Shown here: one piece after another, positions 12,804 to 29,010 of the stretch
How the letters are laid out: every line of letters begins with the position of its first letter
Position numbering within the stretch: position 1 is the first letter of the stretch
Assembly: GCA_964016885.1 (NCBI GenBank)
Contig: OZ024752.1
Location: 24,118,001 to 24,182,000, forward strand
DNA length: 64,000 nt
Direction of reading: 5' to 3'
From: Eledone cirrhosa
Taxonomy: Eukaryota
The notes under the pieces: generated by a model
What the model was told of the DNA's origin: nothing
The model's database searches: none
Seen by the model: the letters and a program-made list of their open reading frames with translations, nothing else
Translations under genes and position numbers: made by a program

Positions 12804-15800
12804 TTACAGAAGTATCAAAGTTACGTTTAAAACATTTAATCGCTGACAATTGTTTCTTCCAAACTTAAGCTTGGAGTCCTCGGAGCATTATCAATGTTTG
12901 TGCATATAATTAACCTCCTATTCAACTGAAGAATCATACAGATACATATATATTGATGTTGTGGACAACAGTTTCATTTTTACAGGGTGGAATGGATGCG
13001 ACATATATTATACGAGAATTGTACAATAATTAAAATTAAAATTAAAATTAAAAACTAAAAATTAAAAGCACAGGGTGGAATACATGCGACAGATAACACA
13101 AGAGAATAGTCTAATAATTAAACAGATAGTACATGCGTTAGTCATATATAAAGGAATAGAACAAGCAAATGTATTATGCATATATGAGTACTGTATGGCA
13201 AGGTATTACATAAAATACAAGCATTTTAACCGAATATGTTAGTGTATTATGGGGGATGCAAGACGATGATATTTTCTGTATAGTTCAAATTTGTATGTGT
13301 GTAGAATATGAAACTTACAGATTTCACATCCATTACATATGTTAAGTTATATTTGTATTGAATGTTTGTTATAGTAATGGATTGTAACTTGGTGTTATTG
13401 TATTCATATTTATGGATTAGAGTTGTTCTACTGCGAGAATTTTCAACGGTTTAATATCCGGAAGTGGATATGGAATTAAGGGGAGCTAATACGTAAGGGG
13501 AGGTAACTAGCTCATTATAATAATTAAATTCCTTGCTCTAATAGACAATTATATAGTGTCACAATTGAATCCCTTATACAAAAAGTTATATATTTATATT
13601 TAATTTTAAATACAGTCTATTCTCTCATAATATATTAAAGGTTTCATTAGATTGTTGTCTACCCAATATGTGGCAAGATATGGAATAACGTATAGCTGTT
13701 TGCATGATAAATTAGATACATCCCTAAGTAAATAAATTAATCCTTTATATACAATGTTATTAATTAATACATTTAATTATAAATTATAAATGTATATATA
13801 ATTCATTGTTACATTTAACATTTAAAGTTTATATATATTATATTATATTTAAATCACTATATAATTATAAGTAATCTAAAGTAATTATATTAAATGGTGG
13901 TGACTATAAGAATATTTCTAGAGTATAATGTTAGAGGAAAAAATGATTTGTGTAGAGGAAAGGCTGGATCAAAGAGTGTGATGCAGCGGTGGAAGGCAAG
14001 TCTTAGAGGTGAAGTGCTAATGGTGGTGATGAGTTCAAATCTGACATTGTTATATACTAGGTTTAAAGCTATGGAATGAGTGTCGGAAGCGGTGCTGGCA
14101 CGATGCAAACACTTCGGATTTTTTATTTAGGAGGTTTAAGTTCGAAAAGATTATAGTATGGGTCTCTAGGAGACAGAGGTTACAACATTTATTAGATGGT
14201 TTATACGATGCAGCCCTACCTACTACTTCCCATTGAAGTGTATATGTTCTATTCCTAGTTTTCAGATAGTGTATGTAGCTAGATAGTGAAGTGGAGTTGG
14301 TTAGATTGTGTTTTTTGAAAGAGTGGAGGTGCGAGTTGTATCTCGTCTTGAAGCAGTTCGAAGTAGAGCCTATATATGTTTTAGAAGAGTTGTTAGTGTT
14401 GACCGTGCAGGAGTAAATGATGTCTTTGATTAAGCAGTTATTACCTAAAGGGCAAGTTCTATTTGATCTAGAGTTGCATTTATTTTAGATGTTATCTTGC
14501 CGGTTATTATGTTGTGTAGAAGTCTGGTTGCTACGGTTAGTATTAGGGCTATGATGGTTGTCGTTCCTAATGTTATTGATTTCGTTAGTGTTATTACTAT
14601 TATTACTATTGCTATTAGGGTTTGAAGTTATTATGTTGTTCTGAAAGTTTACTTCCTGCTGTGTTTTAATGTGTTGAAAATAAGTATTAATCTTTCTTTT
14701 ATTACTACTAACTATATGGTATGCTATGTTAGGTGTGGTAGAATAAGAGATTTTACTAGTGTTTTTATTTATAAGATTGTGGTATTTGTGGCCAGATGGG
14801 AAGCTTTTTTCTAGGATTGAGAAGAAAGCCTTAGGTAAGTTGGTAGAGACGTTTAGATTGAAAGGGGGATTGAAAAATGTATTAGTTCTTCTTCTATTTT
14901 TGTTTTTTAATAATATCTATTGAGGTATTTCTGTTTATACTATTATTTTGGTGTCTACTTTGGTGCGAGTTAAGTTTGATACTACCCTTCGTATTAGAGT
15001 AAGGGTGGCTATTATTCTTATTATTATTTTTCCTCATGGCCATATTGTGAGAAATAATGTTGTAACTATGTGGTTTTATAGGTAGGAATTCAATCCCATT
15101 ATTATGGCCTGATTTAGCTAATGCCTGATTATAGTATTGTGAATTATTGTTAAATATGGTTTCGTTATAAGATAGATTACAGATTCTATTAGATATTCCT
15201 TTATTGATTGAGTTTAATATGGGTTTAGGGTGGTTAGACTTGGTATCTACATAAATTAGTTTTTCGTTGGGTTTATGAAAGGGTGTATATATTTTAGAGT
15301 CTAGGTAAAGGGTAGCACCAAGGAAGTTAACATTTTTAGTGTTTTTGTCTAAGGTGATACTTAAGTTGAAGTTTTGAAAATTTGATGTAATAGTTTACTA
15401 GTTCTTTCTATATTAAATTTTTTATAGTCTATAAGGAGTAGTGCATCATCGCAGCATAAACCACCATTGAGGTATGGTAGGTCCTTATGAATTTCATTTA
15501 GTAGATATAGGCCCACCAAATCAGTGACATGTGCCGAGTCACTAGATCCCATAGTTATGTCAAAGTTGTAATGCGTACCTTGCGGGTCCATAATTGATCT
15601 TCAAATGTAATTATGGTTTTTCGGGCCGCAAATATGACATCAATCTGGGATCTAGTCAGGTCACTATTGTTCATGGTCATAATAAGAGCCTTATTTAATA
15701 GGATAGGGGAAATAGAGGTGTAGTATGAATTGATATCAAACTGTATACATTTTTTATTTTTGTTCTCTTTAATATCCTTAAACCATTCAATAACTTCACC

Positions 15801-16340
15801 TGTATTTCCCCACTGGTTAAGATATATTTTGTGCTTAATCTGTGGGATGATTTTATCTAATATTTTCTTACTGATAATACCAATGTCAGGCTTGGAAGGG
15901 CAGATTAGTCTTATCGAAGGGTTACTAATGAAATCTTCCTTATGGTCCTTCAGAGAGAATCTTGGGGGGTTAGGGGTGTATGGCTGTGTATGTCTCTGAA
16001 GTCCCAATTTACACACTATACTACGGCTTTCCAAATTAATATCTTCTAGGTTTTTAATAGTAGTTTTCCTATAGCTCCTATGTAGTTCTTTATATATAAA
16101 TATTCTATATGTATCATAATCTAGGCTATATATATTGTTAGTTTTATCTGCATGTACTATAATTTTATTATTTGTATTGAATCCTTTAATAGTAGAGTTA
16201 AGTTTGTTTAAGAATATATTACTGCTCTGTAAAACAACTGATGTTCTTACATTGAGCTATTTCTCTTACTGGTAATAAGGTAGTAATAAATTACTGACCT
16301 TCCCTGTTTATAGTTGTTTATAGTATAGTATATACGTAAC
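12801..16340 (-). mobile_element. Degraded PLE (lineage C)
   Basis: LKDHK..F..NP.IRLICP, QFDINSYY, MGSSDSA; GIY-YIG IIYSC..YIGST near 14370-14420; terminal HHR; inverted tail segment 16220-16330. Confidence 0.88.
12837..12890 (-). ncRNA. Hammerhead, C4 variant
   Basis: rc: TGCT-CCGAGGA-CTCCAAGC TTAA GTTTGGAA-GAAA-CAATTG-TC-AGC. Confidence 0.65.
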
Positions 16341-16362
16341 TATAAATAGTATCTTTAATATT

Positions 16363-16475
<113 letters not shown>

Positions 16476-16576
16476 AAGGTTATCATATACATAAAATTAA
16501 AGATATATATGTTGCAACTGTTCACTTTTAAGCTCTATAAAGAATTAATAAATTAAAATAAAAAAATCAGAGCATT

Positions 16577-16722
16577 ATATCATAAATCATGTCTTTAGAA
16601 TCATCAGATATTAAAATATATACTATTTCTTCTTCTAATTAGCATAATTAACCATAATTATGCTAATTAGAAGAAGAAATAGTATATATTTTAATATCTG
16701 ATGATTCTAAAGACATGATTTA

Positions 16723-16728
<6 letters not shown>
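16577..16728. repeat. Near-perfect foldback hairpin (~74-bp arms, ACCA loop)
   Basis: Arms are reverse complements around 16651-16654. Confidence 0.9.
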
Positions 16729-16783
<55 letters not shown>

Positions 16784-16794
16784 TATGTATATTC

Positions 16795-16856
<62 letters not shown>

Positions 16857-16942
16857 CAAAGGAATTGTGGTAAGGAACCAGATGGACCATAACGCACCAG
16901 AGTACTCAATACTTAGGGTAGTAGATTGGGAAATAGGAAAAA

Positions 16943-17046
16943 GTATGACCCCGACGGCAGAGCTCAATCCGTTTCGACGGCTATTTCTGGACTAAATTAG
17001 AATTTTTAGCCTGGTGAATAAATAGCTGAACTTGTCAAGGGGGTAC
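16943..17046 (-). ncRNA. Hammerhead, U3-A8 variant
   Basis: rc of 18128-18231 with one stem III mismatch. Confidence 0.65.
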
Positions 17047-18127
17047 TTCCTTATATGGGAAGATTGTAGTTGTCAAGAGGATTGGTTAAAATTTGTTGTA
17101 AACACAAATAAGTCTATCATGGCATTTGGTGGGAGATAGGGGTGGCTGAACTTGCCTGTAGAACAACAGGGGAGTGAGTGGAGCGGTCAAGCGTTGAAAG
17201 TGATATGTATACAGCAGATTCTAAGGATAGTGCATGAAGTGGAGGATGGAGGTTATAGAATAGGTAAATCGAATGAGCTAACTCTTACACGGGAGGACGC
17301 CGTCCGTGTAACTTATGCTCGGAGGAAACATTACAATTGCTGTTTTCGAAGGACCAACTCCTAATAAAAAAAGACGAACTGGTAACCGCATGCAAACATA
17401 GATTGCGTAGGACTTACCTCGCCCTCAAACCCCATAACGACCCGGGCGGGTAGACAAGGGCTGATACCCCCCCCCCCCCCCACACTTGCCGAATAAGTTA
17501 GGGGAAACCCCAGCTTACATAGGTAGATGTATCTCTTTTCTTTTCTTTTCCTCATTGTCTCCTTCTTCCCCCTGTCTCATCCTATCACTTCCTTCCACCC
17601 CTTATTTTTTTCCTCGTCTCTTTTTCCTCTTTCGCCTACACCGATGCAGCCATCGGGCCTCTGTAGCATCAGTTCCCCCACCTCTGTAATTTTAAGATAG
17701 AATTGGCCGAATACGTTTTACTAACTACTTATAGCAGACTTTAATTTTGTATCAGTTTTGTAACTACTCAATTTCTACAAGTTTTTTCTATTCTCAATTT
17801 ATTAACCTGTAATTGTAAGATAGCATTGTGATTTTCTCACTATCTAATTTTATATATTTTTTTATTTCTTTCTATTATCTTTTATTATCTTCTACTCTCA
17901 TTCGATTTACCTATTCTATAACCTCCCTCCTCCACTTCATACACTATCCTTAGAATATGCTGTATACATATCACTTTCAACGCTTGACCGCTCCACTCAC
18001 TCCCCTATTGTTCTACAAGCAAGTTCAGCCACTCCTACCTCCCACCAAATGCCATGATAGACTTATTTGTGTTTACAACAAATTTTAACCAATCCTCTTG
18101 ACAACTACAATCTTCCCATATAAGGAA

Positions 18128-18231
18128 GTACCCCCTTGACAAGTTCAGCTATTTATTCACCAGGCTAAAAATTCTAATTTAGTCCAGAAATAGCCGTCGA
18201 AACGGCTTGAGCTCTGCCGTCGGGGTCATAC
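18128..18231 (+). ncRNA. Hammerhead, U3-A8 variant with long stem II
   Basis: CCCC-TTGACAA-G..GCTATTT..AAATAGC..C-GAAA-CGGC TTGAGCTCT GCCG-TC-GGGG. Confidence 0.75.
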
Positions 18232-18237
18232 GTTTTC

Positions 18238-18312
<75 letters not shown>

Positions 18313-18342
18313 TATGTATATATATATATACATATATATATA

Positions 18343-18428
<86 letters not shown>

Positions 18429-18457
18429 TATGTATATATGTATATATATTTATATAT

Positions 18458-18491
<34 letters not shown>

Positions 18492-18493
18492 TC

Positions 18494-18535
<42 letters not shown>

Positions 18536-18584
18536 ATAAAAATAACAGGGAGCTAGACTGGTGTAAATCCTTGAAAGGTTTATT

Positions 18585-18642
18585 ATACTATGATCATTTC
18601 AATGATCGGGTTCTATATGAATCCAGTGATTTCATCAGGTAT
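18585..18642 (-). ncRNA. Minimal hammerhead in solo pLTR-like fragment
   Basis: rc: ATAC-CTGATGA-AAT..ATT-GAAA-TGATCA-TA-GTAT. Confidence 0.8.
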
Positions 18643-19072
18643 TCGAAATATAACAAAGGAATATGTAAAAACCATGGGTCCGAAAAATCAGAGACAGAGA
18701 GGACGACTGACCAACTAGCTGCCTTCATCTCGGCCAGTTGCCCTCAAAGTGGTGGCTATTCGGTCTGATAATAAATGTTCGGTGAATACATACGTACATA
18801 TATATATATGTGTGCATATATATATGTGTGCATGTATGTATATATATATACATACTACTGTACGTCTGTATACATATATGTATGTACGTGTACATACTTA
18901 TATTTAAGTAACAGCCGTACTAAGAGTGGGAAATTAAATTTCGTTTCATTTTTTCCGTTTATCGTTTTCGGTGCACCCGGCCGATTAACCCACTCGATAT
19001 GCAAATTGGGCTACTCAGCCGTTAATATGCATAAGGTAAGTATATACGTTCAACAATCTGGCAGGAAGGTAT

Positions 19073-19115
19073 ACGTTGCTGACGATAGCTAATAAGCTTG
19101 GAACTAGTACAGCGT
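19073..19115 (+). ncRNA. Minimal hammerhead, GGAA variant
   Basis: CTGACGA..GGAA-CTAG-TA. Confidence 0.65.
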
Positions 19116-19492
19116 TCCTTTGTCAGTGTTGAACAAACGAGCAACGATGGTTGCTGGACACTATGGCTTAATACGGGATGTTTGTTTACAAACACACCGA
19201 GCATTATAATAAATGTTCGGTGAATCCATACGTACATATATATATGTGTGCATGTATGTATATATATATACATACTACTGTACGTCTGTATACATATATG
19301 TATGTACGTGTACATACTTATATTTAAGTAACAGCCGTACTAAGAGTGGGAAATGAAATTTCGTTTCATTTTTTCCGTTTATCGTTTTCGGTGCACCCGG
19401 CCGATTAACCCACTCGATATGCAAATTGGGCTACTCAGCCGTTAATATGCATAAGGTAAGTATATACGTTCAACAATCTGGCAGAAAGGTAT

Positions 19493-19535
19493 ACGTTGCT
19501 GACGATAGCTAATAAGCTTGAAACTAGTACAGCGT
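19493..19535 (+). ncRNA. Minimal hammerhead (retrozyme unit)
   Basis: CTGACGA..GAAA-CTAG-TA. Confidence 0.85.
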
Positions 19536-19796
19536 TCCTTTGTCAGTGTTGAACAAACGAGCAACGATGGTTGCTGGACACTACGGCTTAATACGGGATG
19601 TTTGCTTACAAACACACCGAGCATTATAATAAATGTTCGGTGAATATATACGTACATATATATATGTGTGCATGTATGTATATATATATACATACTACTG
19701 TACGTCTGTATAAATATATGTATGTACGTGTACATACTTATATTTAAGTAACTGCCGTACTAAGAGTGGGAAATGAAATTTCGTTTCATTTTTTCC

Positions 19797-19853
<57 letters not shown>

Positions 19854-20141
19854 TATGTATAGATATATTAAAATATGTCCATAGAATCATTTGATAAGAT
19901 ATATACACCATTTCCTCTCCCAATCAGCATAATCAACCACACAAAAAACCAATTAAAAGGCACCTATGAAGAAATAATAGATAAATCAACGACAGCCCTC
20001 TATTCCCGATCAACAGCTATAGAATATCTACCCATCATTTCAATAGAACGTGGAAATAGATTAAATATATCGTCAACCATACACAATTAGGTATAAAATT
20101 AAAGTTAGAAGAAAAACTGTATATAAACATAGCAGGATTAC

Positions 20142-20223
20142 GTTTCTACCCCTTAGGGTTTCATTCGATTTTGGAAATATCCGATCAAGGATAAATTCTG
20201 GAGCTTCGAAATCATCAGGAAAC
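20142..20223 (-). ncRNA. Hammerhead with full stem III
   Basis: rc: GTTTC-CTGATGA-TTTCGA..TCGAAT-GAAA-CCC TAAG GGG-TA-GAAAC. Confidence 0.8.
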
Positions 20224-20285
20224 AAACTCAGTTGGACGAAGATTTTTCTTAAATGATCCCCGCCATTGATACATATATATATATA

Positions 20286-20431
<146 letters not shown>

Positions 20432-20446
20432 GATATATATATATTC

Positions 20447-20535
<89 letters not shown>

Positions 20536-20547
20536 TATATATATATC

Positions 20548-20582
<35 letters not shown>

Positions 20583-20589
20583 GAGTTAA

Positions 20590-22690
<2,101 letters not shown>

Positions 22691-22729
22691 TATATATATA
22701 TATATTCATATATATATATATATATATTT

Positions 22730-23380
22730 AAAAAAATAGAGGTGTAACACACGAGTTGTGATATATTAGTAAAAGGAAAAGAAAATGCTGACAAATTTTT
22801 CCCAGTGAAAAATAATTTAATTAGGAATAAATATAAATTAGTAATAAGTTTTGGTTAGTATTCAGTTTTAGTTTTAAGTTTTTACCGGTTGCGCATTTCT
22901 AATGCTTTTCAAAAATAATTTTGAGATAGAGCGCTCATGATGTTTGCTCTAATCTGATCAGTTTGGGAAATTCTTCCTGTTTTATGTGAAAAAAGTGGCT
23001 CCAGAGGTATTAAGATTTGGTTGGTTGTTGAATGTCGCGTGAATAAGTACTATAAATTTCGCGCCAATTCGTGTTGCAAAAATTCTTGTAGTCAAAACAA
23101 TTTTGATTGGTCGGTAGAGGTCACGTGAATGTTAAAAATTGATTTTAGCGCGAACTGGTTTGGCGCCAAATGTAGGTTTGTCGAAGAGTGTCCTTTTTCG
23201 CCTGATTGAGTTGCAGTGATGTTGAGAAGTCACTGAAAAATATGTCTATTAAGACAAATATGTGTGTGTGTGTGTGTGTGTGTAGTAAAGAGGTCATTGT
23301 TGTGATAATGGTCAGTAGGGATGTGTGTGTGAGTTGCAGTCATGTTGAAAGGTCAACAGTTCAGGTGTCTATTAAGACAA

Positions 23381-23444
<64 letters not shown>

Positions 23445-24410
23445 CAGAGTGGTTCGTGGTAGAGGGAATAAAATCGGTCAGTAGGAATGTGTGTACGTGT
23501 GTGGGGGATATTTTAACATGTTGAAAGATATTTTTCAGCTATTGTCTTATACGGAGAAGTGTGTGTGTGTGTATGTTTTTATGTGTACGCGTGTGTATGT
23601 GTGTGTGTATATGTGTGTATGTGTGTGTGTGTGTGAGTGGATGGACCAGTATTTTTGTGATACTGGTAAAAATGGTGTACATTATTCGATATTTTCAGTA
23701 ATTTGCAAAAACGATTCTCTCAAAAGAACATCAAACACATTAATAATAAAAGAGGTGAAATGATGTATAGTATTGTCATAACACCAAGGTGTGTGTGAGT
23801 GTCCAGATTGTACGTACTGCAAGGGGAATCCATTAGGCCCTGCCGTATGGGAATACTTGTGTACAAATCTGTATGTGCCGATCAGTGTGCAATGCATGTG
23901 TGCGTATGTGTATGTGTGTGTGTCGGCACGTTTATATCTATAAACATCAAAAGGTATGCAAATGTGTGTATATTTGTGTTGCACCATAGAACATGTGTGT
24001 TTACGTATGCTATTGTGTTTATATGTGGATAGAAATGTATGTAGGATGTATGCTGATGTAGGTATGTATGTTGACGTGTGTATGTTGTGGGTTCGTCTTA
24101 GGGAGAAGTGTTTAAACGCAGTCCGTATTGGTTAATAAAGTGAGATTCCTTGCTGATGCGCTGGGTGGGGGTGGCATTATCTTTAAATTTGCAGAGGGGA
24201 AAGATTCTAAAGTTGGGATGATTTTGGGCGGCACAGGTATCAATGTGTTCACTCAGTGGTATTTTTCTGTATTCCCGTATTTTAATTTGGGATCTATGGA
24301 CAGTCATGCGTTGGCGGAGGCTGTTTTTAGTCTGGCCTATGTATTGTTCTCGACAACCTGAGCAAGTTAATACATATATTAGATTTTCTGATGCGCATGT
24401 GAAATTGTGG
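22730..24410 (-). mobile_element. PLE lineage B 3' fragment
   Basis: GIY-YIG 24098-24410 near-identical to 8785-9095; pLTR homologous to 9800-10300. Confidence 0.9.
22878..22918 (-). ncRNA. Minimal hammerhead, UUGAAAA/GCAA variant
   Basis: rc: TTGAAAA-GCATTAGAAATGC-GCAA-CCGG-TA. Confidence 0.55.
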
Positions 24411-24501
24411 TTTTCTATATATATATTCATATGTATATATATATATATATATATTCATATGTATATATGTATATTTATATATATATATATATTCATATGT
24501 A

Positions 24502-24545
<44 letters not shown>

Positions 24546-24573
24546 TATGTATATATACATATATATTCATATG

Positions 24574-24657
<84 letters not shown>

Positions 24658-24661
<4 letters not shown>

Positions 24662-26865
24662 GGAGGTGAGTTTTATTGTAGTACAATAAAGCAATGCAGA
24701 TATCGGATAAGAAGCACTCTACAGTTTGTAGGACTGGAGTATGCATAATATAAGATCAAAAGATGGTTAAAGGAGTTCCATGTATTTTATTATGCGCATT
24801 TCAAAAACAAACATCATCATGCAATAATATTTGTGTTTTCATCAGATAAAACAGGAGAACATGATATGAAGGCTAAAAAACACTTGTGGATAGTGCAGTT
24901 TTAAATCAACATATGAAAAGTGGTTTTAGATTGATGTGTGATATTGGGAAAAAAATATTTTATTTAGAGAGGGGGGGTTGGAAAGGATGAAAAGGGAAGG
25001 AGATGAGAGGGAGAGATGGGTGATAGAGAGAAAGAGATAGTTTTTATAACTGAGAGGAGATATATTTTTTACATAGAGAGGTTGAAAACCGTTGGAAGAT
25101 ACTGTATAAATTAAAAATTTTGAAAATTAACGAAGGGAGGATATGTGCGAGGAAAAAATATTTTTTATTTAGGGGGGGGGGGGGGTGGAAAGGATGAAAA
25201 AAAGGGGGAGGAGATGAGAGTGAAGGTGGAGAGGGAGAGATGGGTGATAGAGAGAAAGAGATAGTTTTTATAACTGAGAAAAAGATATATTGTTTTAACA
25301 TAGAGAGGTTGGGAACCGTTGGAAGATAATGTATAAATTAAAGGAATTTGAAAATTAACGAAGGGAAATTATGTATGAAGATAGAGAGAAAAAAAATAAT
25401 AATTGTGGATGAATATTCTAACGTCAAAAAAAGAAATGTATGTATTGTGGCAATTTCAAAATTAACGAAGAGAAAAATTATTAAGGTTTGTGTGTAGAAG
25501 GATTTGAGAAAAATAATGTGAAGTTAAAGTTTGTATATTGGTTGAATTGATAATATATGCGAATAAAGAGTTAATATGTATTAATAATGAGTTCGTTGAT
25601 GGGGAGAAAAAAATAATAAATTAAGGATGAAATTGAGATTAAAAAGATTTATGATAGAGAGAAAAAATAATAATGATTGCGGATGAATATTCTAACGTCA
25701 AAAAAAACAACAAATGTATATGTTATGATTTTACAAGGTGAAGATAGAATGAGGGTAATGAGTAAACAAGTATTATAGAGTGTATAATGCCCTTTAAAGT
25801 AAGGTAGATGGGTATATTTTAAAGAGGTGTATGTATATGTGCCTTTGAGAAAAGATTCTAAATTGATAAAGAATTGAATATTAACTGTATACTTTGTGAA
25901 AAGTTCTATGGAATTTATGCAGGCAGATAGAAAACAAATCTGTGCGTCTATTTATTATAGAATCTAGGTTAGAGATAATGGTAAATTTTTCATTTAGGCA
26001 GAGATTACAGATTTTAGATAGAGAGCTGTTCAAGTATGAGGATGCAGAAGAAATCTTCTTCCAAAAGATGGTATATTTAATGTTTTTGTCTTTTAAGGAC
26101 CATATGAGTTCTGAGAGAGCAGTGTTAGTTCCTTTAAGTTTGTATTTGAAAGATGAATGATGATTATAGAGACGAGCTTTAAAAGAGGTGGAAGTGGAGC
26201 CAAAATAGGTGAAGGAATTGGTGCTAGTTATAATTTTACATTCATAAATTAAGTTTTTATGGTTGTTGAGAGGACATTTATTTTTAATGCGGCAGTTGCA
26301 ATTAGAGAGATTATTAATGAGTGATCTAGTGTTATCTATAGAAGGAATTGGATTGGAGAAGTTGTTTGCGATAGGAATAATAGGAATAATAGTTTCTTGA
26401 TTTAGAGTTGGATTATGAACATTTAGCGAAGTTGTGTTTGACGTTGTATTTGGGTTTACAGAAGTTAGCCTAGGGTTTACAATGACGTCGGGAGTACTAT
26501 TACTGTTATTATGAAATTCAATATTGGAAGGAAGAGATTTAGTATTTAGTATTTTATTGTTGTGTTTAGAGATGATGTTGGAAATATTGGAGGATGTAGA
26601 ATACGAAAATTTGATGGTGTGTTTGTTAAATATTTTACTATAGATATGTGAGGGAGGGAAGCATTTATTTAAGGCACTAAAAAATAATTTAGGAATATTG
26701 TTATTAATAGAGATGGAGAAAGGAGCATTATACCAGATTATGTTTTTGTATCTAGGTCTTTTATTAAAATTATTGGAATGGTCATGATTAATTATTCTAC
26801 TGTAAGTTTTTCTAGAATTTGTTTCTTTACTATATTTGATTTTATCTGGATAGTCGGCTTTAGAA
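24658..26865 (-). mobile_element. PLE lineage C 3' part
   Basis: Homologous to 33170-35360 (WYNAPFS, CNC, YFGST). Confidence 0.85.
24783..24852 (-). ncRNA. Minimal hammerhead
   Basis: rc: TTTTAT-CTGATGA..GAAA-TGCGCA-TA-ATAAAA. Confidence 0.8.
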
Positions 26866-26904
26866 ATAACAATATTAATAACAATATTAATAACAATATT
26901 CCTA

Positions 26905-28530
26905 AATTATTAGCCACATCAACGAGCTTTAAGGACCGCTGGTACAACCATCGCCATTCATTCAAGAAGGAGGCCAAAAGGAAAAGCACAGCTCTCTCCG
27001 ACCTGATCTGGAAGCTTAAGCTGGACAGGACCCCATACTCTCTGGCCTGGTACATAATCAGGAAAGTACCACCCGATAAAGGGGGATCTTGCATATGCAA
27101 ACTATGCCTGAACGAGACCCTCGAGATACTAAGAAGTGGAAGCGGCCTGATAAACCTCAGAACCGACTTCTTCGGGACATGCAGACACCTTAGAGCCGGG
27201 ACCTTTCTCAAGATATATGGACAGTAGCAACACAAGAAGATGTGAACTCCCCTCAAGCTATAGGGACTTCTACAGAACATGAAAACACCTCTCGGCCAGA
27301 CCTCCCTCAAGCTATATGGGCAATAACAACACCCTGGGTTGTGAACTCCCCTCAAGCCACAGGGAACAACCCAGGCGGAGCAGACACCATGATAGCCTAG
27401 AGATAGAATCGGACACAGCCATAATAATTTGGCCAACATCTATAACACAAACACTTTTAATTTACCAGATTTCTGACTTTTAAGTTCCAATCTTAAATCT
27501 TGATTTCTCTTTATTAATTTGTTATTTGTTTTCTGCCCTCTTCACTGTATCACCTTATATTTATTTTAAGTTGAGATAGATTATAACACAAACACATTGA
27601 GTTTGAATATCTCATCTTAACATCTTGTCTCATACCAATCTATCCAACATATTCTGACCTTGAGATTGGTTATAGCACACACACACTTTATCCTACATTA
27701 TTTCTCACTTCTCCATATGCATTTTCATTACTTTTTCACCAATCTCTCATTTATTCTTTATTCTTTATTCTCTATTTATTTATTTATTTTCAAATTACAC
27801 AAATTATATTAATTATTTTATTATATTATTTATTTATTTTCTGTTCTCTTCATTTATTGCCTTATATTTCTTCATATACATCGAAGAACCCCCCCCCCCC
27901 ACCACCACCACCACTACGATGGTGGCGGGAGGGATGAAGGAAAAAAAACACAAACTGGATACTTCTAAATTGTTAGCAGCAGCAAGATATAAGCTGACCA
28001 CTACACCAACAACAGTACCAAAATAATGGTGGAGGTCAAATGTACTGAACAATAGCAGGCAAAAACACTATAGGGAGCCTCACCCCAGAAAGAATTCTAT
28101 AGACTTCTGACTGAGGAATGCTTTCAGAACTGACCAATGGGAAGTTTGACACTTTTTCTGTTATTTTGTTCCTTTAACACCTTGTCCCTTCTACTATTTT
28201 ATCAATTTTTAATCTAACTCCAACAATAACAACACTTAGAATGAGGAATGTTCTAATAACTGACCAATGAGAGGAGAAGGGGACCTTTGACACTAAAATT
28301 CGTTTGTTTGAATTCATATGACTCCAGTTCCTCAGTGAATTAACAACCCAACAAGGAACTGGGCATATCAGAGTATTGACAATATTATACACCTAAACAA
28401 CATATGTACTTATCTATACCATACTAATTCAAACTGCCTGAAGAGGTCACAGCCAAAGATGGCTGTCACTGAAATATATATAGCAGTAATAAACGAAGCT
28501 AAATTTTAATCATTTGACTTTTATTTAACT
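26905..28530 (+). mobile_element. PLE 3' fragment
   Basis: TSTSFKDRWYNHRHSF..ALSDLIW..CKLCLNE..LIN; terminal HHR. Confidence 0.8.
28433..28487 (+). ncRNA. Minimal hammerhead
   Basis: ACTGC-CTGAAGA-GGTCACAGCCA AAGA TGGCTGTCACT-GAAA-TATATA-TA-GCAGT. Confidence 0.85.
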
Positions 28531-28633
28531 TTATTTTACACTACTCCGGAGTAACCAAACCAACCTGCGCACTTCGTCAAGTGCTCCAGCCTGCATACTG
28601 AGGTGTTGGTATACAACCAACATAAACTCAAAA

Positions 28634-28701
<68 letters not shown>

Positions 28702-28723
28702 CATATATATATATACATATTAA

Positions 28724-28760
<37 letters not shown>

Positions 28761-28820
28761 ATATATATATATGTGTATATATATATATTGTATATATATA
28801 TTATATATATATATATATAT

Positions 28821-29010
28821 AGGCGGTAGATTGGTAGTATCGGTAGAGGGTCGGACGCCATGCTTTCCAGCATAGTTACGTCCCTTTACGATCTGAGTTC
28901 AAATCCCGCCGAGGTTGACTTTGCCTTTCATCCTTACGGGGTCGATAAAATAAAGTACCAGTAATAAACTGGGTAATTGCTGGCCTTGTGCCTAAAGTAG
29001 AAACAATTAT
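28821..29010 (+). mobile_element. tRNA-derived SINE (Octopus-type)
   Basis: A-box-like head, B-box GAGTTCAAATCC, core GACTTTGCCTTTCATCC..GGGGTCGATAAAATAAAGTACCAG. Confidence 0.85.

Larger units (their letters stand above)
16858..18240. mobile_element. Non-autonomous PLE-like element with ~350-bp inverted arms, each carrying an HHR
   Basis: ~16940-17290 is the rc of ~17895-18235; a third terminus copy lies at 51870-52012. Confidence 0.75.
18768..19800 (+). mobile_element. Retrozyme-like ~420-bp tandem repeat, array 2 (~2.5 units)
   Basis: Period 420 bp; same unit and same 3' end (TTTTTCCGTT + (AT)n) as array 1. Confidence 0.8.

Noticed and set aside
16698-16730. CTGATGA in the hairpin arms, and another at 29121
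   Set aside because: No downstream GAAA or stem III
28821-28910. tRNA gene
   Set aside because: SINE head with A/B boxes and no cloverleaf
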